DNA from: Pyrinomonadaceae bacterium
GTDB taxonomy: Bacteria; Acidobacteriota; Blastocatellia; Pyrinomonadales; Pyrinomonadaceae
Reading direction: 5' to 3'
DNA length: 42,292 nt
NCBI GenBank assembly: GCA_036281015.1
Contig: DASUPR010000210.1
Location: 1-42,292 of the forward strand
The position numbers and the translations under genes were made by a program. Below, piece by piece: positions 34,436 through 42,292 of this stretch. The notes under the pieces are model-generated. The model saw only the letters and a list, made by a program, of their open reading frames with translations. It was not told the DNA's origin and searched no databases. Numbering within the stretch: the stretch's first letter is position 1; the number at the start of each line of letters is the position of its first letter.

Positions 34436-34921
34436 CTAGTGCTGAATGTACTCGTGAAGCAGCTTGAGCTCGTCTCCCTGTTCGCCGACCTCGACGCGCA
34501 GCAAATCACGCATCGAAAGCATGCCGACCCAGCGTTCGCCGTCGACCACCGGCAGGTGACGAGTACCAAACAGCTCCATCCGTTCGAGGGCCTGATGGGG
34601 AGTTTCGTCACACTGGATCACGGCTCGCAACTCGCTGGTCACGTCTCCGACTCTGACCGTTTGCGGGTCACGGTGCGCGACGACGATGCGATTCAAAACG
34701 TCACGCTCGGAAAACACGCCGAGCAGTCTGCCTTCATCGTCCATCACACAGACCGCGCCAATGTTTCGTGCAGCCATAAATTCCGCGGCCTCCTGCACGG
34801 TGGCAGAAGCCTTTGTCGAATAAGGCTCGCGGTTGCGTATCACGTCGCGGATCAGCATCGCATTTGCCTCCAGATTTTGGCTGTAGGGGTTGGCGCCATT
34901 ATAGAGAAAGCGAGGGCACAT
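34436..34921 (-). CDS. CBS-domain pair protein
   Basis: 161 aa. Two CBS-like repeats (..IGAVCVMDDEGRLLGVFSERDVL.. and ..RHLPVVDGERWVGMLSMRDLL..). Confidence 0.8.
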   Translation of the reverse strand: MCPRFLYNGANPYSQNLEANAMLIRDVIRNREPYSTKASATVQEAAEFMAARNIGAVCVMDDEGRLLGVFSERDVLNRIVVAHRDPQTVRVGDVTSELRAVIQCDETPHQALERMELFGTRHLPVVDGERWVGMLSMRDLLRVEVGEQGDELKLLHEYIQH

Positions 34922-34940
34922 GTCTCTAGTTTTGATTCAA

Positions 34941-35957
34941 TTAAAACAGGCTGGCCTGTGCGGTCGGGCGGCGGAACGTGGTGTTCGCGGCAGTTTCGTG
35001 AGTCCGTTTCTTGTTAAAGCCCAGCCGCGCGCAGTGGATTTTGAAGAGACGCTCGGTAGCGGCCCAGTACTCGCCTTTGCCTCGCATTCGTTCACCAAAG
35101 ACGCTTGAATTCAGCTTTCCGCCGCGTGCTTCGCGTATTCGATTCAGAATTCGATCGGCTTTGGTCGGCAACTTCTCGCGCAAGCGTTCTTGAAAATAAG
35201 GGGCCACATTGCCCGGCAGCCGCAACATGTTGATGAAAGCAAACTGCGCGCCTGCTTCTTTGGCGCGTTTCAATAAAACCGGAATGTCGGTCGTGAGTCC
35301 CGGAATGACCGGCGCGATGCCGATGCCGACCGTGATGCCTGCGGCTGCGAGTGCTTCCATCGCATGAAAGCGCGCTTCCGGCAACGGCGCGTAGGGCTCC
35401 ACCGCGCGTGCGGCTTCCACGTCCGTGAACGGAATCGTGAAGAAGACACCGAGATGCGCGTTGCGCGACAACTCCTGCAACACGTCGATGTCGCGGCGGA
35501 TCATTGCCGACTTCGTGATGACGCCAACCGGTTGTCGAAACTCAGCGCACACTTCGAGACACTGCCGCGTGAGTTTGTAGTTTGCTTCCAACGGAATGTA
35601 CGGATCGGAAGTAAACGAAAAGACGATCTCATCGCCTTTCCACGACGGCTTCATCAACTCTTCGCGCAACAGTTTCGGCGCATTCACTTTCGCGATGATC
35701 TTCCGGTCGAAATCCGTGCCGGCGCCGTAGCCGAGATACTCGTGCGTGGGACGGCTGAAGCAGTAAGTGCAACCGTGAATGCAGCCGCGATAGCAATTGA
35801 CGGTGTAGTCGAAACCGACGTCCGGGCTGTCGTTGTGCGTGATGATGCGGCGAGTTTCAGTCTCTTCGAAGACTTCAAGCTTCGTTTCCGGTGGTTCGCC
35901 AATCCATTCGACGGAATGCGTTAACCATGGGTTGGGCGGGTTAGCAACGTACTGCAT
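34941..35957 (-). CDS. Radical SAM protein (SplB / PA0069-like family)
   Basis: 338 aa. CxxxCxxC cluster motif in ..[15 protein letters not shown].. Confidence 0.78.
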   Translation of the reverse strand: MQYVANPPNPWLTHSVEWIGEPPETKLEVFEETETRRIITHNDSPDVGFDYTVNCYRGCIHGCTYCFSRPTHEYLGYGAGTDFDRKIIAKVNAPKLLREELMKPSWKGDEIVFSFTSDPYIPLEANYKLTRQCLEVCAEFRQPVGVITKSAMIRRDIDVLQELSRNAHLGVFFTIPFTDVEAARAVEPYAPLPEARFHAMEALAAAGITVGIGIAPVIPGLTTDIPVLLKRAKEAGAQFAFINMLRLPGNVAPYFQERLREKLPTKADRILNRIREARGGKLNSSVFGERMRGKGEYWAATERLFKIHCARLGFNKKRTHETAANTTFRRPTAQASLF

Positions 35958-35975
35958 ACTTCAAACTTCAAGAAC

Positions 35976-36191
35976 TTAGTTAGTGTCCACGTTCGCCGCC
36001 ACCGACTCGATCGCGATAAAAAAGATGAAGACGGTTTGGCTATCGACGCCGTCAGTTTCATTCAGGCAAACGTAATCGTTGGTGATCTCGACAACGCGGC
36101 CGGTATAAATGCCGCCGGAGATCGTTTTAAGATTGATCTTCTCGCCTTTGAAGCGGCGAAAGAGATTCTCGACGTGTTGTCCTGCCATCAT
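35976..36191 (-). CDS. Small hypothetical protein (possibly an Sm-like fold)
   Basis: 71 aa. ..INLKTISGGIYTGRVVEITNDYVCL.. 4-nt overlap with the upstream VOC gene. Confidence 0.45.
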   Translation of the reverse strand: MMAGQHVENLFRRFKGEKINLKTISGGIYTGRVVEITNDYVCLNETDGVDSQTVFIFFIAIESVAANVDTN

Positions 36192-36550
36192 TCACTCCAG
36201 GTTACAAAGAAAAAGCGATACTTATCAGGATCTTCCAGGGTTATGAAACGCCCGCCCCAACCTTCGTCGACCGGAGGCAGGACGTCAGCGCCTCTTTCAA
36301 TCACTTGCTCGTAGAATCGATCGACATCTTCCACGCCGATGAAGAAGTGAACGCCGCGCCCGCGGCGCAGCATCGTCTCCAAATGTTGGGCCAACGTGAT
36401 TTTCAGTTCACCGCCACGTAGCCGGGCCATCGGCGGTTCCGAGTCCAGACTAATCGATTCAACCTCGAACCCGAGCACGTTTTCATAGAACGCTAGCGAC
36501 TCTTCGAGACTATTCACTTCGAGAAAGAGCAGGTCCAGACCCTTGATCAT
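36188..36550 (-). CDS. VOC (glyoxalase/bleomycin-resistance/dioxygenase) family protein
   Basis: 120 aa. ..FLEVNSLEESLAFYENVLGFEV.. and ..FFIGVEDVDRFYEQVIERGADV...W.GR...LEDPD... Confidence 0.78.
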   Translation of the reverse strand: MIKGLDLLFLEVNSLEESLAFYENVLGFEVESISLDSEPPMARLRGGELKITLAQHLETMLRRGRGVHFFIGVEDVDRFYEQVIERGADVLPPVDEGWGGRFITLEDPDKYRFFFVTWSE

Positions 36551-36560
36551 TCAACGCCCT

Positions 36561-37163
36561 TCATCCATACACCAGCAAATAAATAACCCCGTATCCGCTG
36601 GTAAGGATCACGGTCCAGAAGGCGAACTCCTGAAGTTTCGTGTGCCGCTTCAGAGGATTAGTGGCCGGCAAAGAGTCGTTCGCCGCCACCATCGCAGCGC
36701 GGGCAAGCACCACGCCAAACAGAACCACGAACACGGCAATGATCGCGAGCGGCCACAAAAACTCGACATACTGAAAGCGCACCACAAACAGCAAAAACAG
36801 TCCGATCGTCAGGCACAGGAATGCGCTCAGGCTTTGGCCCATCACGCCGACGTCGCGCACGGACGGTGTCGTGTCTGGAACAAAGTTGTCAACGTACGGG
36901 GTCCGTGTTGTTCGTGACTCATCGTATTCGCGGCGCAATATAGCGTCTTTCAAAACACCGTACGCCTCGTTTACCGACTTCATTCGTTCTTCGCTGCCGC
37001 CGCGGTCCGGATGATGCTTCGCGGCCTGGCGTTTGTGCGCGCGATCGATCTCGCGCTGCGAGGCGTGCTTGTCGACGCCCAAAACGCCATAGTAGTCTTT
37101 GTTTGCATCGAACTGTTTCATTGCGCGAGCCCTGATTCTAAGAGCACTGTTTTCGTTTGGCAA
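36561..37163 (-). CDS. J-domain (DnaJ-like) membrane protein
   Basis: DYYGVLGVDKHASQREIDRAHKRQAAKHHPDRGG (HPD motif), followed by two C-terminal TM helices. Confidence 0.82.
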   Translation of the reverse strand: MPNENSALRIRARAMKQFDANKDYYGVLGVDKHASQREIDRAHKRQAAKHHPDRGGSEERMKSVNEAYGVLKDAILRREYDESRTTRTPYVDNFVPDTTPSVRDVGVMGQSLSAFLCLTIGLFLLFVVRFQYVEFLWPLAIIAVFVVLFGVVLARAAMVAANDSLPATNPLKRHTKLQEFAFWTVILTSGYGVIYLLVYG

Positions 37164-37175
37164 CGTCGATAATCT

Positions 37176-37529
37176 ATGCCCGAATTTGAAGCTGGTGATG
37201 ATCTAATTTTTCAACTCGAAAGTGCGTTCGGGTTGTTGCGTGTGTTGGCTGTGGAGGGCGAAGGCGCCGAAACTGTGTGGCACCTGCTGGCCTACGACGA
37301 TTTCTTTCCCGACGTGGAATCAGCCGAAGCGGCGCTGGCCAGACCGGCGCGTTTGCCGGTGCGCAGGGCGCACATGGCTTTGACGAATCGCGCCTTCGAA
37401 CGCACGCCCGCGGCGCGCCTCGGCAATCGACCGGTTCATGAAGATGAGTTGGTTGAATATCGTCAGTGGCTCGATAGTGAAAGAGTTGTTTCCGATCGTT
37501 CAGCGCTATTGATGTTGGGAATCCGCTAA
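37176..37529 (+). CDS. Hypothetical protein
   Basis: 117-aa ORF. Its stop overlaps the start of the M1 peptidase (TAATG). Confidence 0.45.
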   Translation: MPEFEAGDDLIFQLESAFGLLRVLAVEGEGAETVWHLLAYDDFFPDVESAEAALARPARLPVRRAHMALTNRAFERTPAARLGNRPVHEDELVEYRQWLDSERVVSDRSALLMLGIR

Positions 37530-39349
37530 TGCACCGTTCACATCGCTTATTACAAATCTCGATTTTCTTTTTATTTGTCTTTTATCCCTGCTCCTTGTCG
37601 TTCGCCGTGCGGGTCGAACGACTCATTGATACTTGGCAACCAAAACACTACGTCGTCAACATCACGCTCAGCGATCGCCTTTCCGAGATCTCTTCCGCCA
37701 CCGCGCGCATCGACGTCTTGATTCTTAAACCGACTTCACTTATCGATCTCGACTTTGGCGAACTCGCGATCGACGCGGTCACAGTAAATTCCAACACCGC
37801 TACCTACACTCACAAAGAGCGCAAACTGAAAATCGATCTCCCAGGACCCGCCTCGCCTGGAACTCAGTTACAAGTTTCCATCCAGTATCACGGCAAGCCG
37901 AAAGACGGCTTGATACTCACAAACGATAAAGACGGCAAACCGTCGGCGGTGGGCGACAACTGGCCGAACCGCGTTCATCACTGGATTCCGACGTTGGACC
38001 ATCCGTCAGCGAAAGCGACCGTAACGTTCAACATCACTGCGCCTGCCGGTAATGAAGTCGTCGCGAACGGAAAGCTGGACCACGTGCAAACAACCGCAAA
38101 CGGCACCCGCACCTGGACCTACTCGGAGGGCGTGCCGATCCCGCCGTACTGCATGATCATCGGCGTGGGCCAGTTTGCGCGTTTCGAACCGAAGGAGCGT
38201 TCGTTGACGCCGCTTTCGTATTACGTTCCGCAAAGCGACGGACCGTTTGCGATCAAGGGTTTCGCGCCTTCGATTCCGTCGTTAGCGTATTTCAGCGAAA
38301 CAATCGGGCCGTATCCGTACGAGAAGCTCGCGATGATCGTCGGCGCGACGCGCTTTGGCGGCATGGAGAACTCGAGTGCGATCGTGTTTACGAGCAACTT
38401 GTTTGCGCCCAGACCGCAGGCGAAGGTCAGCAAGACGTTTGGCATTCCGGTCGGCACGGTGAGCTTGATCGCGCACGAGATCGCGCATCAGTGGTTTGGC
38501 GATTCGGTGACTGAATCGACGTGGGCCGACTTGTGGTTGAGTGAGGGATTTGCGACTTACTTTGCGGGTCTGTTTTTGCAGCGGTATGAAAGCGAAGAAG
38601 CGTTTCAGGAGTACATGAAAGACGCGGCCGCATCGGCGCTCGCGTACGAAAAGAGTAACCGCATCCCGATCCACGATCGCGACACCGAAGATCTCTTCAA
38701 GCTTTTAAATGGCAACAACTACCAAAAGGGCGCATGGGTGCTGCACATGCTCCGCGCGCGTCTCGGCGACGATGCGTTCTTTCGTGGCATTCGCAGTTAC
38801 TACCAGGCGCACACCAACGCGACCGCGACTACTGAAGATCTACGGGCCGCTTTAGAAAAATCTTCCCGTCAGAGTTTGCGCGAGTTCTTCCAGCGCTGGG
38901 TGTACGACAGCGGCCATCCGCAATACGAGCTGTCGTGGCGGTGGTCGCGCAACCGGGAACTACGATTGACCCTAAAGCAACTTCAACCCGGCAACGTCTT
39001 TCTCGATCCGGTGCCCGTGACAATCAAAACGTCTTCCGGCTCACGCGACATCGTGTTGAAACCAACCGGCAACATAACAGTCGAAACCATCCAACTCCGC
39101 GACCAACCCTCGACGATCGAAATCGATCCGCGGAACACACTGCTGAAAGAAGCGAAAGTCATCGCCGTCCAAAGCACAACCGCACGCGTGAATCAAATTG
39201 TTACCGGTCATTTTTCGAAAGCGATGTTGTCAACCACGACCGTGCCTTTCTCGATTCTGCACTTTTCGCAGGTCACACCGATCTGCACTGAAGTCAGTTT
39301 CTTCAAAACCTCGCGCTTCAAATCCAAGCGAGTGGCCCACTCCGGCTGA
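37529..39349 (+). CDS. M1-family zinc metallopeptidase (aminopeptidase N-like)
   Basis: GGMENSS (GAMEN-type exopeptidase motif), HEIAHQWFGD and WLSEGFATYF (HExxH-x18-E). Signal peptide present. The 3' ~140 nt overlap the convergent gene, so the true C-terminus is uncertain. Confidence 0.85.
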   Translation: MHRSHRLLQISIFFLFVFYPCSLSFAVRVERLIDTWQPKHYVVNITLSDRLSEISSATARIDVLILKPTSLIDLDFGELAIDAVTVNSNTATYTHKERKLKIDLPGPASPGTQLQVSIQYHGKPKDGLILTNDKDGKPSAVGDNWPNRVHHWIPTLDHPSAKATVTFNITAPAGNEVVANGKLDHVQTTANGTRTWTYSEGVPIPPYCMIIGVGQFARFEPKERSLTPLSYYVPQSDGPFAIKGFAPSIPSLAYFSETIGPYPYEKLAMIVGATRFGGMENSSAIVFTSNLFAPRPQAKVSKTFGIPVGTVSLIAHEIAHQWFGDSVTESTWADLWLSEGFATYFAGLFLQRYESEEAFQEYMKDAAASALAYEKSNRIPIHDRDTEDLFKLLNGNNYQKGAWVLHMLRARLGDDAFFRGIRSYYQAHTNATATTEDLRAALEKSSRQSLREFFQRWVYDSGHPQYELSWRWSRNRELRLTLKQLQPGNVFLDPVPVTIKTSSGSRDIVLKPTGNITVETIQLRDQPSTIEIDPRNTLLKEAKVIAVQSTTARVNQIVTGHFSKAMLSTTTVPFSILHFSQVTPICTEVSFFKTSRFKSKRVAHSG

Positions 39350-39900
39350 TTGAATGAATCGAGTTTAAGTTTGTAGGTATTGAAGCCCTCTTGCACGCGG
39401 ATGTCAGCCATCGGATAGCCGCCCTCCAGATTTGCACCATGGCCGCGAGTAACTAATTCGACGCGGATCATTCGCGGTCCCTTCGCGAACAGTCGGAACG
39501 TGATGTATTTGTATTCGCTAACGTCGTCGGCAACGAGTTTCCCGTCTTTCTCCGGCTGACCAAATACTTCCATACTTACTCCCTGCCACTCGTTTGGTAT
39601 TCGCATTTCATAATCGAACGCTGCGGCTCGATCTTCGTCAGTGACTCGCGCGAGTGCCGGCGCGGGAGGGTCTGTGTTTTCCATTCCACGGAATTGCGGA
39701 GGATTGGCGGAATTCTGTGAATACCGATTCAAGCGAGTCTGGCCGCCGCGTTTACTGACCGGCCGGCCGTTTTGTTCGTTCTGGAAGTCAGCATAGATAA
39801 GTTTCGACTCGTTTGATGTCTCAGGCTTTAACGGATTTTGTGCAGCGAGTGACGGCGCGAAGAATAGCAACAGAGCTGCCGTCAAGAACAGACGGTCCAT
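39208..39900 (-). CDS. Hypothetical secreted protein
   Basis: 230 aa with a signal peptide (MDRLFLTAALLLFFAPSLAAQ). No motif recognised. Confidence 0.5.
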   Translation of the reverse strand: MDRLFLTAALLLFFAPSLAAQNPLKPETSNESKLIYADFQNEQNGRPVSKRGGQTRLNRYSQNSANPPQFRGMENTDPPAPALARVTDEDRAAAFDYEMRIPNEWQGVSMEVFGQPEKDGKLVADDVSEYKYITFRLFAKGPRMIRVELVTRGHGANLEGGYPMADIRVQEGFNTYKLKLDSFNQPEWATRLDLKREVLKKLTSVQIGVTCEKCRIEKGTVVVDNIAFEK

Positions 39901-40054
39901 CGCGTTTCTCCTTTTGTAAAATTTTTGGGTTTAAAGAAATATTAAGCGACGTATCGTTGAAAGTTGAACGCAGAGTTCCCAATGATGTCGGGACCTGTCC
40001 AAGTGCAGGCGAGGACGCTCCGGTCTCGTCCTCGCCTGCTTCAAGTCAAACGCA

Positions 40055-42292
40055 CTATGGTGCGCGGTTGCCACGACCCCCTCCACTCGTTTCCTCGCGG
40101 CTGCGTCCGTTGTGATAGTTCGGATAGGCCGGCCGCTTTGTCGGTTTAGGTGGGTTCTTCTGAAGTGCTGCCATCGCCACTTCAATAGCCTTTTCGAGTT
40201 GCGGATCGCGTCCCTGGCGCCAAGCCTTCGGGTCCATTTCCACCTCAATGTCGGGCGAGACACCGCGGTTCTCGACCTCCCACTCGCCTTCAGGGCTGTA
40301 GAAGGCAAAGTGCGGCGCAGTCACCGAGCCACCGTCTATAAGCACGGGATAACCACCTATACCTACCAACCCACCCCATGTCCGCTTTCCGATGAGCGGG
40401 CCGATGCTATGCCGGCGAAACATCCAGGGCATGTAATCGCCGCCACTGCCGGCATACTCGTTAATGATCATCACTTTGGGACCGGGGAGTGTACCGAACG
40501 GTTGGCGAAAATCTTCGCCGTCGCGCACTGCCCAGTAGCTGTTGAGCGGCTTTCTAAGGTAATCGATGATGTAGTCTGCCGCGTGGCCGCCACCATTGAA
40601 GCGCTCGTCAATTACCGCCCCCTGCTTGTGAAGCTGTGCAAAGTAGTAGCGGTTGAAATTGGTGTAGCCGCCTCCGGCAGTGTCGGGCAGCCAGACGTAG
40701 GCCAGCTTGCCGCCGCTCATCTGGTCCACTTTGCGACGATTCCCTTCGATCCAGGCCAGCGTACGCAAGCCGTTTTCATTCGCCACCGGCACGACGGTGA
40801 CTTCGCGCGAGCCGGCGCCGTCCGGGTTTGGTCCGACGCGGATCACGATCTGCTTGTTGGCCGTATTCTGAAAGAAACTGTAGACGTTCTCATTCGCCGT
40901 AAGATTGCGACCATTCACCGCGAGCAGGTACTCGCCTGGTTGCACGTTTACCCCCGGTTGCGTCAATGGAGCGCGCAGTTGTGGGTTCCAGTTTTCGCCG
41001 TCGAATATTTTGGCGAATCGATAGCGCCCGTTCTCAATCGCATAGTCGGCGCCCAGCAATCCTCCGGGCACGCGCTTCGGATCGGGCACGTCGCCTCCTT
41101 GCACGTAGAGATGGCCCACCGTCAGCTCGCCGAACATTTCCTGAAAGAGATAACTCAGGTCAGCACGGTGCGTAAGCGCCGCCAGGTAGGGCTCGTATTT
41201 TCGGGCCGTAGCTTTCAAGTCGAGGCCGTGATAGTTCGGGTCATAGAAGAAGTCACGCTGAATGCGCCATGCCTCGCGATACATCTGTTGCCACTCGGCT
41301 CTCGGGTCGACATAGACCTCCATATCTTCGGTTTTGATTTTTCCTTCGCCGGGCTTGATTGGCTGTGTGGTGGAAGCAATGAACCAGCTGTCGCCGGTTG
41401 TGGAAGTCGGGGGCGCGGCCAAACGGAAGAGCATCTTTTCACCATTGGCCGAAAGGTCAAAGCTGCGGACGCCGTCAAGCACTTTTTCGAGCTTGCGCTT
41501 TTCCATGTCGAATTTGTGAACCGTAGTTCCTGTCACACCGGGTGAAGCCGGCAGGACTTCAAAAAGAAAGATCGTATTCGCTTTGGCTGTGGCCAGTCCG
41601 ACGAAGTTGCGGGCCGGTATAGGCAACGCAAGTATGCGCTGGCTGATGCGATCGAAATCAATGTTCACTCGCGGCGGTGCTTTTTTATCATCGGGCTTCG
41701 GGCTCGGCTGCGCAGCGGCCGTTGCCGGATCGGCGTTCGGATCACTTTCGGCGGGCTTGTTGCTCGGTGCTTCACCTTTCTTTTCGTCGGCTGATTTCTC
41801 TTCATCGCTTTCGGGTGCGAGCGGTGAAGGGTCGGTTTTCTTCAGCACCATCACGTATGTGCTGCGCGTGGGTTGATGCGGATAGCTCGACATGTCGAAG
41901 CCGGAGAGCTTTGGACCAATGTCTGTGCTCGCCATGAAATAGAGGTGCTTGCCATTCTTGTCGAAGGCGGCAGAACTCGCATCACTCAGGCCGTCAGTTA
42001 CCTGCTGCGACTTCGCTTCCTCGACCGAATAGATAAAGACTGCGCTGTACCACGACTCGACCGGTCTTGTGTAAGCAATCCAGCGGCTATCCGGTGACCA
42101 ACTGGCGTTGAACCCGAAGCCCCGCTTAGAGGTGTCAACTTTAATTGGCGAACCCTTGTCGATGTCCACGTACCACAGGTTGAGCCGCTTGTCCGCGAAA
42201 GCAATCTTTTTGCTGTCGGGTGACCAGTTGGGCGCGTAGAAGAACGATGGTGGGTTGCCAAGGTTGATCTTCTTGACCTCCCCCATCCCGCT
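40055..42292 (-). CDS. Tricorn-like protease (beta-propeller plus PDZ plus S41 peptidase domain), N-terminus off the right edge
   Basis: WSPDSKKIAF / WSPDSRWIAY propeller repeats, and a C-terminal S41 region (..VMIINEYAGSGGDYMPWMFR...IGKRTWGGLVGIGG..). The frame stays open to the window edge, and tricorn homologues run to about 1070 aa. Confidence 0.8.
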   Translation of the reverse strand, partial: SGMGEVKKINLGNPPSFFYAPNWSPDSKKIAFADKRLNLWYVDIDKGSPIKVDTSKRGFGFNASWSPDSRWIAYTRPVESWYSAVFIYSVEEAKSQQVTDGLSDASSAAFDKNGKHLYFMASTDIGPKLSGFDMSSYPHQPTRSTYVMVLKKTDPSPLAPESDEEKSADEKKGEAPSNKPAESDPNADPATAAAQPSPKPDDKKAPPRVNIDFDRISQRILALPIPARNFVGLATAKANTIFLFEVLPASPGVTGTTVHKFDMEKRKLEKVLDGVRSFDLSANGEKMLFRLAAPPTSTTGDSWFIASTTQPIKPGEGKIKTEDMEVYVDPRAEWQQMYREAWRIQRDFFYDPNYHGLDLKATARKYEPYLAALTHRADLSYLFQEMFGELTVGHLYVQGGDVPDPKRVPGGLLGADYAIENGRYRFAKIFDGENWNPQLRAPLTQPGVNVQPGEYLLAVNGRNLTANENVYSFFQNTANKQIVIRVGPNPDGAGSREVTVVPVANENGLRTLAWIEGNRRKVDQMSGGKLAYVWLPDTAGGGYTNFNRYYFAQLHKQGAVIDERFNGGGHAADYIIDYLRKPLNSYWAVRDGEDFRQPFGTLPGPKVMIINEYAGSGGDYMPWMFRRHSIGPLIGKRTWGGLVGIGGYPVLIDGGSVTAPHFAFYSPEGEWEVENRGVSPDIEVEMDPKAWRQGRDPQLEKAIEVAMAALQKNPPKPTKRPAYPNYHNGRSREETSGGGRGNRAP

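Noticed and set aside
34420-34611. 64-codon N-terminal extension of the PQQ dehydrogenase ORF
   Set aside because: It would overlap the 3' end of the co-directional upstream CBS gene in another frame. The GTG at 34419 gives a proper lipoprotein signal and has an AAGGGG SD.
40112-41545. 477-aa plus-strand ORF
   Set aside because: It is antisense to the tricorn-like protease, which has clear domain motifs. It is a typical long antisense ORF of GC-rich DNA. The same reasoning covers the plus-strand ORFs across pilQ (1058..2944), the minus-strand ORFs inside the histidine kinase (28238..29146) and 26519..27148.

Overview
GC-rich bacterial chromosome segment; gene content suggests Acidobacteriota, but that is only an inference. 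Most of it is ordinary core genes. On the minus strand sits a type IV pilus operon (pilM-N-O-P-Q) ending in a translationally coupled Roadblock/LC7 gene. Also present are rdgB, HU, a VWA protein, an S8 subtilase, a hybrid histidine kinase with a response regulator, OsmC, an Slt-like transglycosylase, a PQQ sugar dehydrogenase, a radical-SAM protein, a J-domain protein, an M1 aminopeptidase and a tricorn-like S41 protease.

An AT-rich accessory block (about 9.97-19.3 kb) interrupts this core and holds the two most interesting loci. (1) A ~5.1 kb integrase-less islet lies between an intact tRNA-Pro(TGG) and a 21-nt copy of that tRNA's 3' end. It carries a TIR-ricin-lectin fusion gene, a 981-aa protein ending in a single classical AAA+ module, and a vapBC pair. 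I read this as a candidate new anti-phage system. (2) Directly after the islet is a five-gene plus-strand operon. It opens with a 100-aa peptide whose C-terminal two thirds is G10...(G5K)n, encoded by near-perfect 18-bp tandem repeats. A stand-alone YcaO, an atypical SDR, a Cys-rich 360-aa protein and a zinc-ribbon mini-protein follow. I read this as a candidate undescribed RiPP-like system.

Also notable: a tRNA-Arg(UCU) gene split by a ~272-nt group I (IC3-like) intron, next to tRNA-His. All product calls rest on motifs I read by eye; no database search was possible.
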